IMG/VR virus record: IMGVR_UViG_3300027863_000129
Span: 1-29,887 of that record
Strand: one strand, 5' to 3'
Length of the DNA stretch: 29,887 nucleotides
Source: a virus
Lineage: Duplodnaviria; Caudoviricetes
The notes beneath the pieces are model-generated. The model was not told the DNA's origin. It ran no database searches and saw only the letters and a list, made by a program, of their open reading frames with translations. Below are positions 10,501 through 18,718 of this stretch, in pieces; the first letter of the stretch is position 1, and each line of letters opens with the position of its first letter. A program made the translations under genes and the position numbers.

Positions 10501-11568
10501 TTAAGCTAATGATACACCAGGGAATCCTGTTAATTGAAAATGTGCCGCTGGTTCAAATGAGTAAAATTGACCTGCTATCAATGCTGTTTGAACGAACCCT
10601 AACTGCCCTGTTGGTTGTAAGTCTGCGGGTGGTGTTAGTTTGAAATTAAGCTGTGGAACTGTTGCAAGTTCAAGTTTGTTAAGATTTAGGAAGTAGATTG
10701 TGTTTGTTTGAATACTTGGGTCAGGTAGAATTGGAACCCCGTCTATACTTACTACCTGAACTGCCCAATCCCTGCTGTCAGTTATCTTTGCTGGGTCTTG
10801 AATGTTAACACGCTCTATATTTGTCATAGACTCTGTTAACGCTGTGAATACTGCCATAGATGTAATACCTACATCAGGTATTCGGTAGTTTACATCGTTG
10901 ATAAATGATAACAAGTATCTGTGAACGATTTGATAAGCTGTTGGTGTTGTGGTGAACAGTGCAGAATTGTAGCTGTATATTTTAGAGTTTAGATATGTGT
11001 AGTTTGCCCTTGACAAACCACCCCAAATTGACTGGTTTGTTCCATTATCTACGATATCATATAACCCCTGCATTTGTAACGAATTAGTGCCCATTGTTCC
11101 TAATATTGTTGCATTTAGATTATCAAACATCGTTTCATAAGCGTCTGTGATTCTCTGTGCAACAACATCTATTACCGCATTAGGACTATCCATCATTACC
11201 TCTTCTGTTAAGAGATAAGAAATTGGGTTGATATACAGTGTTGGTAAGAACTGCAAGTTTTGTATTGGGTTGGTAATCGTTGGGATACTGAAACTACCGC
11301 TCATTCCTGACCAATTACCGTTGTTACCAAATGTCTGGAATGACACTGGTTGATTGATTGGAACCCAACCGCCTTTCATTGGTTTCTGTGTTTTCTTAAG
11401 CAGTAACCTTAAGGTTGGTCGTGCCTTTCTAACGCCTTCATAGATAACGCTTGGCATTATCTCTGGAAGCATTATGTTGATATAGTTCTGTGCGTTCTGT
11501 GTCGAAGTAGGATAAAATCCTTGTCCTATTAAAGGACCTGTGCCTGTTGTAGGTGTTATGCCTGCCAT
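10501..11568 (-). CDS. Major capsid protein (HK97 fold, predicted)
   Basis: 355 aa downstream of the scaffold. Segments MQGLYDIVDNG...WGGLSRANY and SIDGVPILPDP...IYFLN are typical of this capsid class. Confidence 0.8.
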   Translation of the reverse strand: MAGITPTTGTGPLIGQGFYPTSTQNAQNYINIMLPEIMPSVIYEGVRKARPTLRLLLKKTQKPMKGGWVPINQPVSFQTFGNNGNWSGMSGSFSIPTITNPIQNLQFLPTLYINPISYLLTEEVMMDSPNAVIDVVAQRITDAYETMFDNLNATILGTMGTNSLQMQGLYDIVDNGTNQSIWGGLSRANYTYLNSKIYSYNSALFTTTPTAYQIVHRYLLSFINDVNYRIPDVGITSMAVFTALTESMTNIERVNIQDPAKITDSRDWAVQVVSIDGVPILPDPSIQTNTIYFLNLNKLELATVPQLNFKLTPPADLQPTGQLGFVQTALIAGQFYSFEPAAHFQLTGFPGVSLA

Positions 11569-11587
11569 TCTTTATTCCCCCTTTTTA

Positions 11588-11878
11588 CTAATCTAAATAT
11601 AATGCTTGAACAAGTTTAGTTGTGCTTGCAGTAGAGCCTGCTAATACCCTAAAACTTGCTCCATCGCTGTAAATTAATTCGCCGTTTCCTGCTGTTCCCA
11701 TATTTGTCCAAGTGCCACCTATATTCATTTGCAGTGTGCCGTTTGCATCAGGAACTACATAGTAGTATCCTTTTTGTGTAATAACTGTGCTTGTGCTTGC
11801 TGGAATAGACATTGTTATAGGTGTTCCTAAATAATCCCCACCTGTTCCTGTGATACCGTAATTGACTTTGTTAGCCAT
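11588..11878 (-). CDS. Small virion protein, possibly head decoration
   Basis: 96 aa, T/G-rich and beta-type, lying between scaffold and capsid. GGAGG RBS. Confidence 0.5.
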   Translation of the reverse strand: MANKVNYGITGTGGDYLGTPITMSIPASTSTVITQKGYYYVVPDANGTLQMNIGGTWTNMGTAGNGELIYSDGASFRVLAGSTASTTKLVQALYLD

Positions 11879-11880
11879 TT

Positions 11881-12435
11881 TTAAAACCCTCCTTGTATGT
11901 ATCTAATTTTTTCCATTGCTTTTTGTTTTGCTGTGTTTAAGTCATATATTTCTGCCTGTTTGTTAACATTTGACAATATATCATTGTCAGCAACACTTGT
12001 TGTTAATCCTCTGCTCTTATCCCTAATTGCCGCATAATATTCCATAGCGGCTTCCATATCAAGTATTTTCTTTTGAACCATAATCTCATCTACTTTGGTG
12101 TATTCTTCTGGGCTAATGCCAAGCTGTCTTGCTTTTGCCTCAAGTTTTGCTTTTAGTTCTTTCTTTGCTTGTTCCTGTTTGAACTCTTCAAACTCTTTTT
12201 TAATAGGGTTAATATAGTTTTCAACAGGGTTTTGAGGTAACTGAATATTGGGGTCAACCTGTTTTACCACTTGTTCAAACTGTTGTTTTACTTGTGGATT
12301 TGCATAAATCTTATTCATAAATTCTTGAAGCTCTGTTTTAACCTTTGACGCCTGTTCATACTCTTGTGTCATAGCAAGTATTTTCTGTTGAGTTTCAGGG
12401 TCTAACAATTCTAATTCTTGTGATGTTATTTGCAT
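11881..12435 (-). CDS. Capsid scaffolding protein (predicted)
   Basis: 184 aa, E/K/Q-rich coiled-coil, upstream of the capsid gene. AGGAGG RBS. Confidence 0.6.
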   Translation of the reverse strand: MQITSQELELLDPETQQKILAMTQEYEQASKVKTELQEFMNKIYANPQVKQQFEQVVKQVDPNIQLPQNPVENYINPIKKEFEEFKQEQAKKELKAKLEAKARQLGISPEEYTKVDEIMVQKKILDMEAAMEYYAAIRDKSRGLTTSVADNDILSNVNKQAEIYDLNTAKQKAMEKIRYIQGGF

Positions 12436-12647
12436 TATTTTTTCCTCCTTTTTTTCGCTTCTTTTCTAAATGTTTCAGCCAAGACTGCTCTCTTCTTTAT
12501 CGTGGGGTCTTTTGAAGCTTTACCTTCAGCTATGCACTCATCTGTAACACCGTCAAAGCCCTTTTTCTTGCAGTAAGCGGTAAAGCTTCCTTCTTTTTTA
12601 ACTGCTCCTTGCATCCAATCATCTTTTGCTTTTTTCTTCTTTGCCAC
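12435..12647 (-). CDS. Small basic protein, possibly DNA-binding or condensing
   Basis: 70 aa, GTG start with AGGAGG RBS, very Lys/Arg-rich (WMQGAVKKEG...KKRAVLAETFRK). Confidence 0.6.
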   Translation of the reverse strand: MAKKKKAKDDWMQGAVKKEGSFTAYCKKKGFDGVTDECIAEGKASKDPTIKKRAVLAETFRKEAKKRRKK

Positions 12648-12649
12648 TT

Positions 12650-13267
12650 TTAGCCTCCTTGATATTGTATTACTATAGAATTCAATTGGTCTATAGTAGT
12701 AGCGTTATTTATTGTTTGCTTCGTTGTATTATTCCAATTCCTAATTGACGCTCTTTGCTGTAACTGTTTTGCATATTGAGTTTGTAATGCTTGTAAGGTG
12801 TTGTCGTTTGTTGCTTGTGCTTCAGCTATTTTTGTAATTATATAATCAGTTGGTTGTAAAAGAGTTTCTGCATAATCAGCAAGTTGTTGTAGTTTTTGCT
12901 TCTGTAAGTTTTGCAATACTTGCTGTTCTGTATTTTGAGTTATAGTTCCATTAACAATGGTTATCAAAATATTAAGTGGTAAGTTAGGATAACCATAGTT
13001 ATTTACTTTTAGTGCATTCTTTGGTGCCAATGCTTGTATATATTGAGTTTGTAGATTACCTTTTTCATCAAGCCAAACATAAGTATTGTTTGGGTCAGGT
13101 TGAATAACATCGGGTATTTCTACAAAGTTAACTATTTGATTTTTATGAATTGGATTATTATTGTTATCTACTCCAATGAAATCTGGTATAGAATTTAAGT
13201 CTTTTACTTCAATTGTATTGATTATATTGTTATTGCTGTCTAAACAAGCTACTCTCATATTCATCAC
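12650..13267 (-). CDS. Putative fibre-assembly chaperone
   Basis: 205 aa directly after the fibre gene. C-terminus LLQPTDYIITKIAEA...QRASIR...INNATTIDQLNSI resembles tail-fibre assembly proteins. Confidence 0.5.
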   Translation of the reverse strand: MMNMRVACLDSNNNIINTIEVKDLNSIPDFIGVDNNNNPIHKNQIVNFVEIPDVIQPDPNNTYVWLDEKGNLQTQYIQALAPKNALKVNNYGYPNLPLNILITIVNGTITQNTEQQVLQNLQKQKLQQLADYAETLLQPTDYIITKIAEAQATNDNTLQALQTQYAKQLQQRASIRNWNNTTKQTINNATTIDQLNSIVIQYQGG

Positions 13268-14239
13268 CTACCACTCTATAATTAGAATACCAGGTGCACC
13301 GTTACCACCCGCATAAGAACCATTTATTCCACCACCACCACCACCACCACTGCCCCAGCCTAAAGCATTGCCACCATTACCCGTATTCCCACTTAATCCA
13401 CCTATTCCAAAAGCAGAACTTTCGCCGGGACCACCCCAACCTCCGTAAGCTTGACCTGATGTTAATCCAAAACTGTAATTAGTTGAACCACCAGAAAGGT
13501 TTAATAAAGTAGTAGATGTTGTGCTATCTACTAAAGATGTGATACCACCTGCATTACCAGAAGTGCCCGCTCCTCCTATAGTAATTGACAATGTATGTCC
13601 AGGTATTACAGAAATAGATTGTTTTATAGTTACATTTCCAGCACCACCCCCCGTGCCACCAAAATAAGATGTAGAGCTATTGTAAGTAGCTACTGTTCCA
13701 GCCGCCCCACCACCACAACCACTTACTAATATTTTGGTTACGCCTTGCGGAACAGTCCAAGTGCCAGAAGAGGTAAAGACTACTGTATTTCGTGGTATTA
13801 TATAAGAATTACTTGTTTCAAAAACAAAGTAATTGGTTCCGTCTGAAGCAAGATAGTATTGTTTTCCAACCCCACCGTTTACTACTATGGAAGCACTTGT
13901 TCCTGTGTAACCACCATATTGTATAATTCCACTTGGAGTCGTAAAAGTATAAGTATAACTTGAAGAATTGTTGCCAACAAAAATATTATTGTAACCATTA
14001 GTTGGTGTTGGAAGAGTAATAGTAGCATTAGCACTTGGAGCATTTAGCTCATAGATATTACCACTATTGGCTGTTGATAAGGATATACTGCCTGTAACAG
14101 GAATAACGGGGTTTATAGGATTAGCTAAAGCAGAAAAGTTTTGGTCTAACAGATTGGCAGGAACGCAAGCTTGACCGCTTTGTGTTACTATCTGACTTGT
14201 TGTAATATTGTTTATAACATTTGGCAATTGGATACTCAT
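13268..14239 (-). CDS. Fibre protein with Gly-rich C-terminal domain
   Basis: 323 aa with VFTSSGTWTVPQGVTKILVSGCGGGAAG...GGNGAPGILIIEW, the common Gly-rich fibre domain. N-terminus LDQNF and TITLP motifs. Confidence 0.7.
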   Translation of the reverse strand: MSIQLPNVINNITTSQIVTQSGQACVPANLLDQNFSALANPINPVIPVTGSISLSTANSGNIYELNAPSANATITLPTPTNGYNNIFVGNNSSSYTYTFTTPSGIIQYGGYTGTSASIVVNGGVGKQYYLASDGTNYFVFETSNSYIIPRNTVVFTSSGTWTVPQGVTKILVSGCGGGAAGTVATYNSSTSYFGGTGGGAGNVTIKQSISVIPGHTLSITIGGAGTSGNAGGITSLVDSTTSTTLLNLSGGSTNYSFGLTSGQAYGGWGGPGESSAFGIGGLSGNTGNGGNALGWGSGGGGGGGINGSYAGGNGAPGILIIEW

Positions 14240-14255
14240 TCATCAACTCCTTTGT

Positions 14256-14283
14256 AAAAATAGAGTAGGCAAAATGCCTACTC
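14256..14283 (-). terminator. Intrinsic terminator-like hairpin
   Basis: On the - strand: GAGTAGGC-ATTTT-GCCTACTC followed by TATTTTT, overlapping the stop of the 60-aa ORF. Confidence 0.55.
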
Positions 14284-14460
14284 GTCTTTCTTTTCGCTCC
14301 AATAGGGCTTAGAAAGCCTATTTGGACGCCATCCATATTCGTCATTATCGCGTAGGCGGGACGGGTCTTTGTATTGAGAATTGTTAGCCGTAAACGGACG
14401 TTCAGGGTTAATTTTGATTTTAGTAAATGTCCCTAATTCGCTTCCTTTTTCGTTAGCCAT
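14278..14460 (-). CDS. Hypothetical protein (60 aa)
   Basis: Real start is probably MANEKG at 14460 (AGGAGGAG RBS, overlapping the upstream stop) rather than 14565. Confidence 0.65.
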   Translation of the reverse strand: MANEKGSELGTFTKIKINPERPFTANNSQYKDPSRLRDNDEYGWRPNRLSKPYWSEKKDE

Positions 14461-14950
14461 TTGCTCCTCCTTGTCCTTGTAATAGATTTTGCATTGATGC
14501 ACCTTGCGGTGCTCCACCCATTGGTGGTTGTGGTTGTCCACCCTGTGGTTGTCCTTGTCCTCCACCTTGTAATATCCCTGCTATACCTGACAATGGATTA
14601 CCTTGTGCCCCTTGAAGATTAGCTGGTAAAGATGATACAAGTGTTTGTATTGCAGCCATTAAATCAGATGTTTTAGCATCTCCAGCTACCTCTTGAAGCC
14701 CACGAATCGCCCCCAATATCTTACTGCCCTGTTTACTATTTGTGCCGAATATCGGCAACAAGAAATCCAAAACCCTGATAATTGCGGCTACTATCGCTGA
14801 AGCTAATTTTTGTAAACCACCTGTTCCTACTGCGCCTGCTGCAGCAAGTGGATTGCTAGCTAAAGATGATTGTGGTTGAGGTGCTCCACCTGCGTCTGGT
14901 GGTTGCATTTGTCCACCTCCGCCCTGTAAAATATCTTGAAGTCCTTCCAT
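14453..14950 (-). CDS. Hypothetical head-module protein, G/Q/P-rich
   Basis: 165 aa with AGGAGG RBS. A helical core is flanked by low-complexity G/Q/P tails. Confidence 0.7.
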   Translation of the reverse strand: MEGLQDILQGGGGQMQPPDAGGAPQPQSSLASNPLAAAGAVGTGGLQKLASAIVAAIIRVLDFLLPIFGTNSKQGSKILGAIRGLQEVAGDAKTSDLMAAIQTLVSSLPANLQGAQGNPLSGIAGILQGGGQGQPQGGQPQPPMGGAPQGASMQNLLQGQGGANG

Positions 14951-14973
14951 TTGTTCCTCCTGTTTTTTTTGCT

Positions 14974-14997
14974 AAAAGCGGGCTACCGAAGTAGCCC
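14974..14997 (-). terminator. cUUCGg tetraloop hairpin, possible terminator or stabiliser
   Basis: On the - strand: GGGCTAC-TTCG-GTAGCCC followed by GCTTTT (short U-tract). Confidence 0.5.
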
Positions 14998-15035
14998 AGT
15001 TTTGAGTAGCACACCCGAGATAGCTGTTTTACAGA

Positions 15036-15071
15036 CTATCTTTTTACTTTCCTTTTGTTAGCTACCAACAT
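15036..15071 (-). CDS. Basic micro-peptide MLVANKRKVKR (11 aa)
   Basis: A GGAGGT RBS (15082-15077) lies 5 nt before ATG at 15071, with TAG at 15038-15036. Confidence 0.4.
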   Translation of the reverse strand: MLVANKRKVKR

Positions 15072-15151
15072 TTGGCACCTCCGATTTTATTTCCTACCGT
15101 TTTGGTCCAGCAGGAGAGTTGCCCATCAACCGCTGACAGTAGGATAAAGAG

Positions 15152-16024
15152 TTAATCTTTTTCTTTTCTAACACCATATTTAACAAAATTAGTAAACTCT
15201 TCTAATTGACCTTTTGTATTATTTTTATTACCATATAAATGATGAAATTCTTTATGACATTTTTTACATAAGGTAATTCCGTTATCTATAGCTACTCGTA
15301 ATTCAGGAAAGTCTGCAAAATTATTAATATGGTGAACGTGTAATTTACCTCCTCTTTTACTACAGGCCTGACAAGTAAAATTATCTCTTTCAAGAACTGC
15401 TTTTTTCCATAATTTCATTTCTAAACTTGCTCTTATTCTATCATTTTCTGGTGTAATACCCCCCTTCCAACCTGGAGCGTTTTCACTTTTAAGAGCTTCG
15501 CTTATCTTTCTTTTAGTCTCTTCTGAATGATGTTTTCCATACATCGCACTTTTTCTACCTTTTCCAGCTTCACTTATCTTTATTTTAGCTTCTTCAGAAT
15601 GATGTTTACCGTAAAATGAAGCTTTTTCATTTTTAAATCTATTTTTTAAAGCTTCACTATCTGCTCTTCTCTCTATTCCAAATTCTTTCATTCGGTTTAA
15701 AACAGTTGCTATACAAACTCTAAACATTTTAGCTATTTCTGACAAAGATTTTTTTTCTTCTACATACAATCTATATAATTTTTCTTTTTCTATTATTTTT
15801 TTTTGAAACAAATGTGATAATTTTGCTGCTTCATTTTTTGTTCGTAGTGGTATATTATATTCTTTTAAATATTTTCTAATAGTTGCCGGAGAAACATTAA
15901 GAATTTTAGCTACTTCTGGTGAAGGTTTTTTTTCTTCAATATACAAATGATATAAAACATTTTTATCTAAATCTAATTTTTTAGTAATTTCAATGGGCAA
16001 TATTTTTAAATTACTTTTTTGCAT
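15152..16024 (-). CDS. Free-standing HNH homing endonuclease with two HTH modules and NUMOD3 repeats
   Basis: Two YGKHHSEE(A/T)K.KISEA repeats (NUMOD3). HNH domain RDNFTCQAC...LHVHH...NGITLCKKCHKEFH. Overlaps the portal stop. Confidence 0.9.
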   Translation of the reverse strand: MQKSNLKILPIEITKKLDLDKNVLYHLYIEEKKPSPEVAKILNVSPATIRKYLKEYNIPLRTKNEAAKLSHLFQKKIIEKEKLYRLYVEEKKSLSEIAKMFRVCIATVLNRMKEFGIERRADSEALKNRFKNEKASFYGKHHSEEAKIKISEAGKGRKSAMYGKHHSEETKRKISEALKSENAPGWKGGITPENDRIRASLEMKLWKKAVLERDNFTCQACSKRGGKLHVHHINNFADFPELRVAIDNGITLCKKCHKEFHHLYGNKNNTKGQLEEFTNFVKYGVRKEKD

Positions 16025-17681
16025 TCTTCATATCCTTTTGTTTTGATTCAGCTTCCTGTTTGTTTTTCTCTACCATCATTTGTGTTTGTTGTTCTAATTC
16101 CTGTTTTTTAACATAAGCTAAAATTTTATCTCGGAAAGGTAAATCCAGCACATCAATCAGAATCTCTTTGGGTATCACATTCATTTGTGTAAGCTGTATC
16201 AACAACATTTGGTTTTCTTCCTGGATGATTGGGCTTGTTGAATGTGCGTATATCACGATTCTTCCCCAATTAATAAGACTTAAGTTAGCAAAGTTAAATG
16301 TCATTGTTTGCTGTTGAACCATAGTTTTGTATTTTACAGTTGAGGCATTTATATAAATCTCTGCGAGTGTGTTAAACATATCTTCAATTTGCTTTTCTAT
16401 TTTTATCGCTATTTTCTTAATCGGTGCGGCAGAGAACTGACTTAATATCTGTGCGTAACTTGCTGACCTTACATTCTTTGCAGGAACACCTTGCATTATT
16501 GAGGTCATTGACATAACCTTTTGTGCATCCTGTTCTAATATTTGCTTTTCTTCCATTGCAATTTGTGGTTGAATTTGAGACTGATAAGTATCAACCTTAA
16601 CGCCTGTAGCGTCTATTATTTCAACGCTTCCTGAAGTATGGATAGCTCTTGTTATATCGTCTTTCACTTCTGGGTTAACACCGTAACCTGATACTAAAAC
16701 TGTAGGATTAATTAATCTCTTTCGTGCTTCTTGAACATCGTCATAAATATCTTCCATTGAGTCTTGGATATTTTCAAGTAAGCTAATAACAGAATAACCA
16801 TACTCATCAGTTGCATAATCTAATGCTACGATTGAGAAAAATGGATTTACCATATGATATCTGGTTTCTAAAATCAAATCTTCAGCTACAATATTTTCAA
16901 CCCATTTATGATTATGTTCTTCTACATTATCATCAAAATTATAATGCCATATTTCAATTATCTCAACCATTTCAAATACTGGTTGCCTGTTAACAACGCC
17001 TGTTTGGTCTGGTTTAAGTTGGTAAGGAATTTGACCACCTGTTTGTGTTGGTGTTGCTGGTAGTAATCTAATTGCCAAATCTTGGTTGAGGTCTTCTGAT
17101 GTTTGTTCTATAGCTTCTTTTCTTTGTCTGGCTTTTAGTTTCCTTGAAGCATCTGGATACCTAATCTCAAACTCTCTTGATGTCATAAATGTTCTGTGCA
17201 TTATGATTTGAGATAAGTCTCGTATATTAAAGCTGTCATAACCGACAGCTACATTGTAGGGATTTAATCGGATTATCTTTGGTGTTTCCCAAAACCCTTC
17301 AGAGTTATATACAATCTTTCCAAAGCCATTTTTAGTAATCAAAGCATCTAAAATAATCTTACTCAATTCGTCATCTGATTTTGTATTCTTAAAATCTTCA
17401 CCGATAGTATTTGCTAATCTGTCAACTATTTTCTCAACGAACTCTCTGTTTTCTGTTTCGTCCAATGAGTTATCCAATCTGGGCTCAAGTATCAAATGGT
17501 CAGCACTAAAAATCAAGCTTGCTAATTGGTTAATTGTAGAAAAAATATTATTAACTTTGGCTGGAAAATTGTTCGCTGTGCCAAAATAATAATACGAGAA
17601 TTTCTGGCGCAGATATTCTTTATTGTATGAGAGTTTTGATTTTAATCTGGCAACAGCTTCCAAAAGTTCTTTTTCTGTCAT
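16011..17681 (-). CDS. Portal protein (P22-like, predicted)
   Basis: 556 aa with DALITKNGFGKI, RLNPYNV and YGYSVISLLENIQD motifs, at the head of the morphogenesis operon. Confidence 0.8.
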   Translation of the reverse strand: MTEKELLEAVARLKSKLSYNKEYLRQKFSYYYFGTANNFPAKVNNIFSTINQLASLIFSADHLILEPRLDNSLDETENREFVEKIVDRLANTIGEDFKNTKSDDELSKIILDALITKNGFGKIVYNSEGFWETPKIIRLNPYNVAVGYDSFNIRDLSQIIMHRTFMTSREFEIRYPDASRKLKARQRKEAIEQTSEDLNQDLAIRLLPATPTQTGGQIPYQLKPDQTGVVNRQPVFEMVEIIEIWHYNFDDNVEEHNHKWVENIVAEDLILETRYHMVNPFFSIVALDYATDEYGYSVISLLENIQDSMEDIYDDVQEARKRLINPTVLVSGYGVNPEVKDDITRAIHTSGSVEIIDATGVKVDTYQSQIQPQIAMEEKQILEQDAQKVMSMTSIMQGVPAKNVRSASYAQILSQFSAAPIKKIAIKIEKQIEDMFNTLAEIYINASTVKYKTMVQQQTMTFNFANLSLINWGRIVIYAHSTSPIIQEENQMLLIQLTQMNVIPKEILIDVLDLPFRDKILAYVKKQELEQQTQMMVEKNKQEAESKQKDMKNAKK

Positions 17682-18076
17682 AAAATTTTCTCACCTTGAG
17701 TTATTACTACATTGTCGTTCTTGTCGTAATTGATACCAGTAACTTTGATTTTTTGGGGTTGCACCTTGTTAATAATTTCTTCTATACTTGCATTCATTGG
17801 CATCTTTGGAACTTTATCCCTATACTGGATAAGTTCGTGTTCTGAAGCCCAATGACCTTTTAGTTCATCTTGAAATTTACTATCAGCTTTCATATTTAAA
17901 TATCGCATTCTTTTTGTGACGGGCATTTTCCTTAAAATCATTTCCTCGCTTTGCTGTATTTTTTCTTGTCTTTCTTGCTTGCGTTCTTTCTCTTGGGCAA
18001 AAGCCTCATAGTTTGATTCAAGTATGTTGTCAATTGTTTGAACTACTTTTTTGTCAAGAAATTTTGTTGCCGACAT
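17678..18076 (-). CDS. Hypothetical protein
   Basis: 132 aa, GGAGG RBS, ATGA overlap with the portal gene. Confidence 0.7.
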   Translation of the reverse strand: MSATKFLDKKVVQTIDNILESNYEAFAQEKERKQERQEKIQQSEEMILRKMPVTKRMRYLNMKADSKFQDELKGHWASEHELIQYRDKVPKMPMNASIEEIINKVQPQKIKVTGINYDKNDNVVITQGEKIL

Positions 18077-18099
18077 TGTGCCTCCCGAATTGATTTATT

Positions 18100-18396
18100 T
18101 TAAACGCTTTTTTCAGCGGATTGTTTTTTATTTTGCCAATATTTGTGCATCTCTTCACTTGCTGTTTTATCTCTATCTCGTATCTCTATTCCAAATTCTT
18201 TTAAAACTCTGTGAACAATCATAGGAGAAATATCTAATTGCTTTGCAATCTTTGTCATTGATAAACCCTCATCTTCATACAAGCTCTGAATGACAATCTC
18301 TGGATTCAACCCTTCTTTCACCAAAGCTACAAGCTTTGAGTTTCTAAATTTTGGATTCGCTAAATCATCACTCATTTTATACATCCGTATGTGCAC
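18100..18396 (-). CDS. HTH DNA-binding protein (start uncertain, possibly 18375)
   Basis: LYEDEGLSMTKIAKQLDISPMIVHRVLKEFGIEIR is an HTH. It is the first gene after the leftward promoter. Confidence 0.7.
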   Translation of the reverse strand: MHIRMYKMSDDLANPKFRNSKLVALVKEGLNPEIVIQSLYEDEGLSMTKIAKQLDISPMIVHRVLKEFGIEIRDRDKTASEEMHKYWQNKKQSAEKSV

Positions 18397-18417
18397 ACAT
18401 CTTTTCCCACTATATAC

Positions 18418-18446
18418 AGAATATCACAAAAACACTGTGGTGTCAA
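18418..18446 (-). promoter_or_regulatory. Sigma70-type promoter for the structural operon
   Basis: On the - strand: TTGACA-N17-TATTCT with TGn immediately before the -10. Confidence 0.6.
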
Positions 18447-18718
18447 GTCACCCCTTTTTGTTGTTATCACAATTATATCTTACCAAAATTACCTTAATAA
18501 AAAAAAGACAATTCTTAATATTGATATTATACACTAAATATTCCTATTATAACAACATCTATATCTTTGAAAAAAAATAAAAGTCTTGTTATAACAACAG
18601 AAAAAATTGTTAGGTCTATAATGCCTTTGTTTACAATAACCTTACATTTTTTACAAATATCATATAACAACTAACAACTAAATAACAATAAAAACAACAG
18701 TGTTTATATACTTCTAAC

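Noticed and set aside
15092-15144. Hammerhead ribozyme
   Set aside because: UUGAUGG and CAAAA only loosely resemble the CUGAUGA and GAAA core, and the stem topology does not fit.
8489-18580. Short ORFs at 8489, 13294 (poly-His), 14121, 16811 and 18290
   Set aside because: They are antisense or out-of-frame overlaps of real genes. The poly-His is the reverse of Gly codons in the fibre gene.
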